Below, in pieces: positions 50,718-62,110 of a DNA stretch of 64,000 nt. How positions within the stretch are numbered: the stretch's first letter is position 1; every line of letters starts with the position of its first letter. The stretch is from positions 2,480,001 through 2,544,000 of the forward strand of contig NW_027271035.1 of the NCBI RefSeq assembly GCF_040938485.1, written 5' to 3'. The stretch comes from Diadema antillarum (taxonomy: Eukaryota). The position numbers were made by a program, and so were the translations under genes. The notes under the pieces are model-generated. The model ran no database searches and was not told the origin of the DNA. It saw only the letters and a list, made by a program, of their open reading frames with translations.

Positions 50718-51867
50718 CGAATGAACACCTTTTGTTTTTGAATATCGAAAACTTTCAATCTTAGTTCCTGTTAGTGTATCACATGTACACATAACACACA
50801 TGCACGCGCACACACAAACTGCATTTATCCTGTTCATTATATGCACCTATACTTGCCTGTACTCTCATATACAAAATCATGTGTTTGTGTGTGTGCGCGT
50901 GTGTGTTTATATAAGTCTATCATTAATATCTGCATTTGCATTATCCCATGTATTCAAATCGTTACTGTGCGTAGTCTGACCCTGATTAATTCTGAAACAT
51001 AGTTGCTGTATTTCTCTTCGAGCCACATAGCTGCCACTGTGTTTTGTTTATCATGGCTGTCATGAAAGAGATTTCTTTTTTTTTTTTGGTGCATGTGTCA
51101 GCATGTCATCAAACTCTATGAACACGCATGGTGTTTATAACCTTGTCCTATGTGAAGAACTTGTTGGGGGAACGCAAAATATACCACTAGATTTTGATTT
51201 ATAGGTGACGTAAAATGACTATTTCGATGGATGTCGACAATGGAAAGAGATACATGTAAATATGAATCGTATACCCGTGTACTAGGCGGAATGACATCAA
51301 ACTGCATTGTTGCGTATACTTAGTCGCCGAAATGTACGGAGAAACCAGTGATAATTAATTGATACACAGATCATGCTCATACTAGCTCTCATTTGTCATT
51401 ATCCACCATGTTGGGATGAGACCGATAGAGACAGGTGTAAGAACCATCAGTCTGAGTGGCCGATTACTTGTAATTACGAGCCGACGATTATATCAACATT
51501 TTCGTCTGTTGACTGGATACATGGTATATATAGGGGTGATTACCTTCCTAGCGAATCCTAGAATCATAGTTAACAGCACATATCCTCTCTCTCTCTTATG
51601 CGCTCGTCGATTACTGGCATTAAAAAAAAAACAGTGCAACAGAGGAACGACTGAAACACTTACTGTCCATTAAAATATTCTGCAACATGAGATAAATCAT
51701 TTTCTGCATTAAGCTACTGTATAACTGTCCCCATCTCCTGAAAGTATAATACAGAGAGCAATACCATAGTAAACTTTGCAGGCAAGTGAGCAAGATGTCT
51801 TATGCTAATGATATTTTATGGCAACTATTATAACCACTGATGTCTCCATTTAAATTGGTGTGCAAAA

Positions 51868-51870
<3 letters not shown>

Positions 51871-51910
<40 letters not shown>
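51871..51910. repeat. (TA)n microsatellite
   Basis: Direct reading. Confidence 0.95.
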
Positions 51911-51913
<3 letters not shown>

Positions 51914-52539
51914 CATATATACACATGTTGCCGGCGAAAAGAGAAAAATTGCACTATTTTCTCCACGAGTTGTATAAGTAACATTCAGCGAATATTTTTC
52001 CATTATATGTTTCGCAAACAAATATATCGAATACAAAAATACCATCCAACTGATGCTGAGTTTATGGTTATAAGGTTTGCGATACTAGTATATCACTTTG
52101 TACGTGTATACGTTTTAAGTTTCATATTCAGTAATCATTATTGTTGCAAAATCACATTTATTATCAGTTGTTTCTTTTGACATTTTCTCTGTGCTTGAAA
52201 CCGAATGTCAGTACAATATATCAATGTGCAATATCATTACTTTATTTGCCAATTTATTCTGCTGTGATTGTCATAAGTTACATAAGTGGACCTATTCATC
52301 AATGCGCAAGTACATGTATGTTATTATATGTATCTGATTTATATAGGATGTTACCACGCAAGATGCAATCTCTTGAGTCACTAAAATCAGTTGCATTTCA
52401 AACTTCCTTGCGTTTATTTGGAAGGAGGCACCTAAAATATTGCGAATTTAGATGATTTTTTTTTTGATATTGTGTGCCTAGAATGTGTAATATCGAATTC
52501 GCATTAATTGTTTGTTTTCCCCTCAAATATTCTTGTCAG

Positions 52540-52678
52540 AACATAAAAATACAAATCAAATCTTACGGATGTCGCCCATTCATATTATTGAGGGCAGAAA
52601 TAATGACGAGTAAGACTTCATGTGTTTGGTGTTTATACGTGGAGGGTGCTAAGATAGGCCTACATGGATGATGGTGTG

Positions 52679-52733
<55 letters not shown>

Positions 52734-54453
52734 CGTGTGTGTTTTCAGTTTGTGTTAGAGATTTTGTGCAAGAAATTCATTCATCCGGGTACGTTAAATG
52801 AATAAATAAAGCCACTTATTACTGATGTACCTTCACGGCAACATGCAAGACCTTAACCTGTTAAGGGTTACGTAAATTCCATTTATCTGGATAAACGTCT
52901 ATGTTTATGCACATGATTGTGAACGCAGTTCAGAAGTGCTCCGTTAGAGTATCCTGATCAGTAATAGGCTCTGTTGACTTACCACAGCCGTATTCGAGTC
53001 GCTTCCGACATATTAATAGATGGCACAGGCTGCAGCTTTACTTGTGTGATGTTCGTTATTTTGAAGGTTCGTTAATCCAAAAGTAAAATAAAATAAGGTT
53101 TGCTATTTCAAAGGTTAGTTATTAAAAAAACATGCTCAAATTCCAAACAACTAGATGTTTGCTAATCCGAAAAAAAAAAATCGTTTAGCTAATCAATAAT
53201 TTGTAGCGTTATTCCGAATGTTCGTTATTCCGTAGGTTCGTAATTAAAAAAAGAAGAAAATGAAATAAGGTTCGTTATTTCAAAGGTTCGTTAATCCTGA
53301 AATGACAAGAAGTTGCGTACAATTGAACCTTAGGAAGTACAAACCTTATTACGCGCCCGCATGATTTTGATTCACACAGTTACTATAACTTATACGTCAT
53401 CGATTACCGTAACGGAGATAGCGGAAATCATCAGGCTAGAGTACCAATCCAACAGCGCCCTCTGAATCCGAAGTGCGTGGAACAAAAAATCATAACTCTG
53501 CTCCGTGGGCCTGCCCCTTGCACCGCAGATGACAAACGGAGGTAAGTGAACAATGCAAACCTTTGCGTTTATGATATCCCCTTTGTAAAGATACAAAAGA
53601 AGTCCCGTCTCATACGGGGATATTTCCTTGTCATCAGATATGACATTAGTAGAGTCGCCTCCATTACATCTCCAGTGCCCTACGGTCAGGCATTTGCAGG
53701 CTCCGATGTTACAGGTAAAGGATGAAATACCCCGAACCATTCTTAAGACTGAAAATGTCTTTGAACAGTACAATGGTGATGATAACAACGATGAACATTA
53801 TGATGATAACCCAACGCCGCGTGAGGTAGCCGGGGGGAAAAAGAGAAGATAGTCTGGTATTTAGGCGTAAACTTGGCAATACTCGCCGTCTATTGCTATC
53901 AATTTAATATGGATATTGCTTCAAAGTACAAGTATTGTAGATTACATACATCCTAGTATTCGCCAAGTTAAAAAAGGGGGAGGGGGAAGGTGCATAGTCC
54001 TTTTGGATAGGAGGGAGGTCAATTTAATGCTGTCACACAAAGCTGGTCTGAAACTAAGACTTTTGAACCCCCTGCAAAACGAGAAGGAGCTGAAGTCGTG
54101 CTTTCAAAATACATGATGTATCTCATGGCGTGGTGCATGACATACATTTGTAAGTCATGGGTCACGGGGGAAGGGGTAAAGTATACACACCGCAGTAGAT
54201 ACGAATAGGGGAAGAGTATATTAGTCAAAAACACTGCTGTGAATTGTGTATAAACATAAATGACATGAGCTCGCTTAAAATAGTGTTCTGCTCATGGGAA
54301 ATAACCGTATCTACGGATTACGTCATTGTCTGTTTACCGGCGCCCGTCCCTGAAAAAGGAGGAGCGACTAAAGGCTTATCGCAGTCTTTAATGTTGATGA
54401 TATTGTCTGTTGTGCTGACGGCAATCAATGCAGATGGGACTATTCGGAATTAA
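52540..54453 (+). CDS. Candidate orphan spliced ORF with hydrophobic C-terminus (tentative)
   Basis: Possible exons 52540-52609, 53380-53541, 53638-53714 and about 54358-54453 join in frame with donors gtaaga, gtaagt and gtaaag. No recognisable domain; the last acceptor is weak. Confidence 0.33.
52674..52742. repeat. (GT)n microsatellite
   Basis: Direct reading. Confidence 0.95.
53050..53305. repeat. Short-period GGTTCGTTA(T/A)TCC repeat array, probably a TE subterminal remnant
   Basis: Multiple ggttcgtta.. units in direct orientation. Confidence 0.6.
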
Positions 54454-55703
54454 CCCTCTGTCTCCGGCACATGAAGATGGCTATAGGGACCGAGGTGTGT
54501 TGCTTGCGATGTCCAAAAGCAGACGGGTTAGCGCTATTGTGTTTGCCTGAATAGAGCACGACTTCTTGGCTGGTTTCTTCTCTTTCATCGATTCCGTGCA
54601 GATCGATAGCCCTTTCACTCACCTGGCCAATCTAAAGGGAGAAGCCGTAGAAGTTCTCTACACAAAACCGCATGGAGATCACGCCGTTAATGTTTGTTTA
54701 TAGCGGTTAAACCGCTATGTTTTCAAACGAATGGTTGTCTCGTGAATATCCCTGCTGGTGAGGATAAATATGTATGACATTTCGACGCCCTGCTGATCAT
54801 GCGCTGCTTTTTAGTTCCATGAGCGTGACCATCGTAAGTATCCCCATCGTCACTCTTTAGCGGTGAGCTGTCACATTTGTCACTTTCGTTTCACTTCAGA
54901 GAGTAGCACTGAAATAGAAAGCCATTAGTCTTAGCGCTATCTGTATACATTTCAAGTGCCTTAATCTGTCTTTCCCGTGTTTGCCTATACTTATTGAATC
55001 ATGGTTTCATAACTGCTTTAGGATATGGAAGCTGAAATCATAACTCTTCGGAACGGAAAATACGAACTAATCATGCAGCTGAAACAATCTTAATAAATGC
55101 ATGGGTTGGTTACTTGGCAGGATTTTTTAGCTTTGTGTAGTCATTATGAATGTGTGTCACATATCACGTACGGCAATAAATGGAATTGTAAATCATTTCT
55201 CCTCTGTGATGAAAGTCTAATAGTTTATATTGACAGATACATTAACAGTTCAATTTGCACAACAGTTATATGTTTTTCTTTGAGACGGGACACTTATGAA
55301 GGAGCGATTTACAATCGTGTTATGTTTGTTTAGCATGTAGGCCTAATCAAAGGCAAGTAAAGTAGCTTGATGATACGGCTATTGATGGATAGATTTAGTC
55401 GCCATTAGTATTTTGTTGCGGGCCTATTAATGCAGTAAATCAACATTTGCCTACATGATACATGTACCTTCTAAGCAATCGTTGGCGAAAATATTGTTCA
55501 TCGATTCAATCAGGTCCAGGTAATTTCCACAATCTTCAATAAAGTACGTACAATGCTGTCTGGTTGTGCTGAACATTTAACTCACTAGCTGTTTTCAAGT
55601 CTGATAATAACTTTATCACATTAGTCTGTGGGGCCACGCAAATTTCTTGTTAGACATGGATTATCAATTAACATCGTAAGGAAGAAGGTATAGATAAGTT
55701 TAT

Positions 55704-58590
55704 TTGATATGTGTAAATTCTTTTTTAGAATCAATGGATAATATTCTGCATGTTATTAATGCTGAAAATAAATCTGTGTATTTGTTAGGTGATTTTAATT
55801 TGAATTTATTGGAGATATCTGTTTGTCATCATGTAAATAATTTTTTAGATTTATGCATGTCAAATAGTTTATACCCTTTGATTCATATTCCAACACGTGT
55901 TACACCCCAGTCAGCAACATTACTTGACAACATCTTTACCAACGTTCTTGATCAAGAAGTTGCAGGTGTACTCTTAGCAGATGTAAGTGATCATTTTCCT
56001 GTTTTTTCTGTGAGCAACATCTTATTGAAAAATAATAGTGATTCAGATATTTTTTTTACACGTGATATTAATTCTATGAATTGTGAGAAATTTGTTCAAG
56101 TGGTTAGCAACACGTGTTGGAATATTACACATGATAACTCAAATGATGCTTATAATGATTTTATTGAAAAGTTGACCAAAATATATTATGATTGCTTTCC
56201 TGTCAAGCGTGTTACAAATAAGAAAAAGTATATGCATAAGCCGTGGTTTAACACATCATTACGTAAACTTTGTAACAAAAAATGTATATTGTACAGGAAG
56301 TATGTTAAAAATCCAACTGAGTACAGATGTTTTAGGTACAAGCAATACAGAAATATGGTATCAAAAGAAATAAAGAAGGCTAAGATTTTGTATTTTAGAA
56401 ACAAATTTGAATCAGCTACAGGTAGTATGAAAAAAATGTGGAATATAGTTAGTGATATGCTTGGTACAAGAAAGAAGTCAAATGCCCTCCCTAATGTATT
56501 AAAGTGCAATAGTAAAACTGTAACTGGGCAAGATGATATATGTTTTGCTTTTAATCAGTTTTTTATTGATATTGGGCCCAAACTTGCCTCATCTTGTAAA
56601 CGAGTTGGTAATTATATGAGTAATATTAAAAGAAATGCAAGTAGTATTTTCTTTGAGCCATGTTCTCCTGATGAAATAATCCGGATTGTTAGTAATATTC
56701 AAAATGGTAAAAGTCCTGGGCATGATGAAATTGGTGTTCTGCCTATTAAAAAAGTTATTCATATTCTTTGTATTCCTTTATGTGAAATTTGTAATTTATC
56801 TATGTCAACTGGTGAAGTTCCTAATAATTTAAAAATTGCAAAAGTTATACCCATTCATAAAAATGAATCTAAGGACGATATATCAAATTATCGCCCTATA
56901 TCTATTCTTCCTTTATTTTCAAAAGTTCTCGAAAGATGTGTTTTTAATCGAGTAATAGATTTTTTAGAAAAGTGTAATATTATAACTGACAATCAATTTG
57001 GGTTTAGGCCAAAGTATTGTGTATCTTATGCATTAGTTGACTTTCTTTACAAAATATTGAATGCATTGGAAAAAAAAGAAATAACTATTGGATTATTTTT
57101 AGATCTTAGTAAGGCTTTTGATTCCCTTGATCATCATATTCTTTTAGATAAACTTTATTGTTATGGTATGAGAGGTATTGTATACAAATGGTTTCAAAGT
57201 TATTTGGATAATCGTAAACAATATGTATCAATTAATGGTTATACCTCTAATCAAAAGACAATTAAGTGTGGTGTTCCACAGGGGTCTATATTAGGCCCTT
57301 TGTTATTCATTCTGTATATTAATGATATATGTAATGTGTCTGATCGTTTAAAGTTTATTTTATATGCAGATGACACCAGTGTGTTCATGTCCAATTCTGA
57401 TATACAAATATTACAGGAACAATTTGCAAGTGAATTAAAAAAGCTAGTTTATTGGTTAGATATAAATAAGCTTGTTCTTAATATAAATAAAACAAATTTT
57501 ATGTTATTTTTAAACAAAAAAGTACATAATGATTTTGTTTATATTAAAATCAATGATGTTTTTATTAAACGTGTTCCATATGTTAAGTTTTTGGGTGTAA
57601 TAATTGATGAAAAATTGTCTTGGAACCAGCACACTGATGTTGTCTGCAACAAACTTGCAAAAAATATTGGTTTATTGTATAGATTTTATTCATATCCAAA
57701 AGAAGTTTTATTATTATTGTATAATTCTCTAATTCTGCCTTATTTGAATTATTGTATACAAATCTGGGCAAACTGTAGTGAACAAAATATGTTGAGGCTT
57801 TTTAAATTACAAAAGAAAGCAATCAGAATTGTATCTCATAGCGATTACCGTGCTCATACAATGCCAATATTTGATCGTCTGAAAATTCTTAATATTTATA
57901 ATATGTATATATATCAAAGTGCAATATTTATGTTTTCATGTTCTCATAATATGCTACCTGGAGTATTAACTAATTACTTTAAGCTCAATAGCCAGGTGCA
58001 TACATGTATAACAAGAAACTTTTTTAATTATCACTTGCCATTTGTAAGATTAAGCTCGTATCAAAAGTCAATATTTTATAATGGACCGAAAATATGGAAT
58101 GCGTTACCAGAGGAAATAAAGTCAAGTCAGACTTTTACGATTTTTAAAACCCATCTTAAGCAGTATTTAAGTGACAGACAATCTTTAGAATAAATGTATC
58201 ATAAAAAATATTTTTGATAAGATTATACATATACTTTTTGTTTAATGTGTTTGTGTGTCTATGTTTTGTTTTGTTTTTGTTTTTGTTTTTGTTTTTGTTT
58301 TTGTTTTTTTTGTGCTGCTGTTTGTAACTTTGTAATATATATGATATTCGTTTGGTACATGTTAAAGGACTTGGCTTCATATAAGGCACCGCCTTCCTGT
58401 CAAGTTCCTAATGCTTCATGATTTCTTATGTTGACGTTTATATTTTGTATCCGTTGCAGTCATATCAGTTATTTTATACAAATTTGACGACATGAATTTA
58501 AATGTTATGTATTTGTACTTATATGTAGTGTATTTTCTCTGTTTGTTTGTATGGTTTTTATGGAGTATTGAATAAATACAGAATCTCAAT
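55704..58590 (+). mobile_element. Non-LTR retrotransposon (CR1 group: L2/Crack/Daphne-like), 5'-truncated, with uninterrupted EN-RT ORF 55704-58193
   Basis: APE motifs GDFN, LDNIF, SDHFPV; RT motifs KSPGHD, NYRPISILP, QFGFR, FLDLSKAFD, GVPQGSILGP, YADD; 829 codons without a stop. AT-rich 3'UTR with AATAAA at 58571 and a short aatctcaatc tail. Confidence 0.95.
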
Positions 58591-58672
58591 CCACAAGTTC
58601 TTATTCTTATTCCTTCTTGTACAGGACGTTCCGTTTTGTGACGGCATGTTAGCTTGAGGCAAGATTGAGGAA

Positions 58673-59499
58673 ATGGCCAAAAGTCCAGAGCTGTGGCTGA
58701 AGAAGGTTGAAGAAGTCTCGGACAAGGGTGACATCCTGTGTAGTTTGAATAAAAACACGGTGCTGACCCACAGTAGCAAAGATGATAGACATTTCTACAG
58801 CAGGCTTAATGTGGCCAAGGGTACGGACACCGACATCGCCGGCTTCTCCGGGGATACGGTGATCGACAACTGCACGCGGTTCGGGCCCGACAGAGTCATC
58901 AATGTCGAGTCGGGGAACCGATTGATTATGTACAACGTGAACGGCCACTTCGTCAGCAACTTCACGATCAACAAGAATGGCAAACCTGCCAACGTTGATC
59001 AGATCACCGCCGTTGCTGTCGCTGATGACGTCGTGTTCGTCGCCGAGTTCAAACGCTACAACGGAAACATCCTCGTGGTGAAATACGCCACCGGGGAAGC
59101 TGCCATGTCCCTGCCCGTCGACGAGAAGGTGAAAGCGATCATCCCTGTGAGTACGGGCTTGATCCTCGTGCGGTTCAAGGAACGTATTGTCGCGATGGAT
59201 TTCTACAACTACCCTCGCGTCGACACCACTCCCGTAATGACAGTCGGGCGGACGCTCGTCAACACTTGCGTCAAAGGACCTCACGACGAAGTGTACGTAC
59301 TTTTCGTCAAGGGCATCACGCCAAAGGTGCTCGAAGTCGTCGTGCTTGACGACAGCTACGAAGAGATCCGGCGAACAAAAATCACACACACCATGTCAAT
59401 CCTAAGTCTGAGGGCGTTGTTCACGTCTTCAGCTGGTTATCTCATCATACAGATGGGCAACATCATACACATCTACAAATCCATGATGGAAGGACTCAA
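58673..59499 (+). CDS. Propeller exon (NHL/6-blade beta-propeller-like)
   Basis: Blade-like segments NRLIMYNVNGHFVSNF, ITAVAVADDVVFVAE and ALFTSSAGYLIIQMGNIIHIY; GC-rich codon usage like the other true exons here. Confidence 0.85.
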
Positions 59500-62029
59500 G
59501 TGAGTCATTTATTTCCACTTTGATGTGTTGCACTGCGAAGTCTGTGGTATTCTCCTTGAAATATGTATGTAATGATTATCCACACCTCAACACATCGTCT
59601 CTCTTGAAAATCAGATCAGATCATGGACAGCTCTTTGATGGTCTTTGAATACAAAGACTTTCATGGAGATATAATTTGTCAATCATAACCTCAGAAAGTG
59701 CCTGTTTGTTCCCACAGATGATGATTGATCTGGTTCCATGACATTTGCTCCTGCGACAATTACTCCCATGATATATCTGCATGCTAAGCCAAACGTAAAT
59801 TCAACCCATAAACATAACCCTAACCCTAATCCTAATTCTCACATCAAACTAAACCTAAAACCCTATCACAACCCTAACCCTAACCCTAAGTCCTTAGAGA
59901 AAATAAGACCGGAGCAATTGTCGCAGGAGCAAATGTCGTGTCACCATTGATCTATATCTATGTGTCTTGTCAGACAGGATATGAACAAAGGCTCTTGTCA
60001 CAGTAAACAGCTAGCATGTAAAGCGTTGCTTGGAAAATTGCCTTAATCCTGATTATTGGAGTGACTTTCAGAAATTGATTAAACTAACAATCTTAGGAAG
60101 GACGCCAGTTACCTGTTGCGTGAAGACGGTTTAACACACACGTATCAATTCTAATTTGGTGTCGTTGAAATGCACACAGTCAAGTCTAATGCACTCTACT
60201 GACTGGAAATGTAATAAGGATAACCATGAAATATACACGCCAGAAGGATTTACACGCCATAATGATAATCATGAAATATGTGTTTTGAGAGAATAATCCT
60301 CCCATTCTCATAAAGACTGCTTTCCTGTCCAGAAATTAATGTTGTCTATTCTTAAACAAAGTAATGATGTAACATTTTCAGGAAAAGCAAAACGCCCGGA
60401 AGAGAGGCAAGTGGTAAACGTCCGAGGAGGAAGTTGTTCGCCGATAACACCGTCCGCTCCGACCCTAAGAATCCTCAACGAGATACCAGTCAAGAACAAG
60501 TGTAAGTCGTTTGACTCACTGCGAATGAGAACAGACAGTGCATAGCAAAGGATGAATCTATATAGAAATGACCTTACAGGAGAGGCAGATGGTTAAACCG
60601 TTATTGTAGTGCTTATTTGCCATGGAGCTATGACATTTGGCTCATATGATTTGTAACAGTAAATGCGGAGACGTAGAGGATGCAACTCTGTGATTCCTAT
60701 GAATGAATTTTCGATTAGATCTCAACTAAAAAAAAAAAAAAGCGTTTTCTACCCCCACCAAGGGAAAAATGCATAATGACTATCTTTATAATTCCCATTG
60801 TTGCAATCGTACACGTCACAATGATCATTCCGATGAAATTATGCGGTCAATCATGCTGTTTGGTCTTAAGACTGTCATGGTTAGGCATAATCTTTACACA
60901 GCAGAGTTAAAAGAATATACAAAAAAAATATGAAACATAACAATTTGTGTTATCATTGCAACTGATCGACAACCAGTTACAATGAAAACACCTCAACGGA
61001 AGAATTTCATGCATTTGAAAAATTTGTATTATGTTTCATTTGGCCGGCAATAAATTGCCGGCCTTGTATACTATATTACGGAGTTTCATGGCAAGTTTTC
61101 TTTTTTTTTCCCTGTACACGTGAATCTACCATGTTTGAGATAGACCACTTTGGTAAATAATGAAATTTGATCCAGGTAAATGATTGTGATAATCCTTTCC
61201 GAAATAACAAAACGATATGGGTGATTCTCCTTTACTGCAAACAAAAATGATAAACGAACAAAATTCTGCAACACTGAAAGGAGTTGTACATAATGCTTAT
61301 CCCTCCACACAGTGAGAAGAAAACGCCAATTGAGTCAAAAGAAGACAAGGACCCTCCAGCTGAGACCTTGACAGCACAGAACATTGGACCTGTTCTTGTG
61401 GAGACCAACCATGAAGCAAAAGAACCCGACAGAACACAAACTTCCAGTGACATGTAAGTCTTCACACTATAAACTATAATGTCATCAAATTTAAAGAAAA
61501 ATGGCTTTCCGTTCTGAGTATGTTCTGTATGTTTCATTTAATTGATGTCGCTTCACATCAGTCGCAGGAAATAAGGTAATGTGGGTATACTATTCTTTCT
61601 TTATTCTACAAGCTTCCTTTAACAAACATTCTACAGGCTTCATTTTTTTATGGTGCTCTATCTTTCCATTCTGATTTTACCAATACATAATTATTAGTGT
61701 TTCATAAGAAAGTGTAAGATATTTTGTGCTGTCTAGCCGACAATGTAGGTAGGTTGTCGAAGATAATGAAGTGGAAAACATCATGTTGTCTTTGTTTCGT
61801 TGTTTTTATTTACAAGAAATGGAAAAGAACAGGAGAAAAGGGAGAATGAGGGAGAAAAACAAAAGAAGGACAGTTCTAATAGGAGTGCTTCAAAACATTT
61901 TGGCCCCGGCCCCGGCCCCAGCACCGGCACCAGCAGTGACACAGGACCTGTGCTACTTGAGACGAAAGAAAAACCAGAAAAACGACGGTAATATAAATAT
62001 GATATAATTTTATGTATATGTATATGAAT

Positions 62030-62110
<81 letters not shown>

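Noticed and set aside
53390-53788. Minus-strand 132-aa ORF with an LDLa-like stretch (FTCNIGAC..WRCNGGD) and a C1q-like stretch (LLLYLYKGDII)
   Set aside because: Cys spacing and the acidic DC..SDE motif of LDLa are missing, and there are no supporting splice sites. It is antisense to better-bounded plus-strand exons, so probably coincidence.
53700-53850. Minus-strand peptide RRWVIIIMFIVVIITIVLFK resembling a type II membrane anchor
   Set aside because: It arises from GAT/AAC low-complexity sequence, has no start or acceptor, and stops soon after.
55704-58193. Long RT ORF as a domesticated gene or part of the downstream gene
   Set aside because: It starts mid-endonuclease without a start context, has LINE-like AT-rich codons, its own stop and 3' tail, and no splice link to the propeller exon.
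58649-59389. 246-aa minus-strand ORF
   Set aside because: Antisense shadow of the GC3-rich propeller exon; no motifs.
59810-59890. Interstitial telomeric repeats as a relic of chromosome fusion
   Set aside because: They are short, degenerate and enclosed within a TIR/TSD-bounded MITE.
60339-60545. Alternative reading frame (GKAKRPEERQ...) for exon 2 of the propeller-ZU5 gene
   Set aside because: It needs phase 1-1, whereas both neighbouring exons require phase 2.
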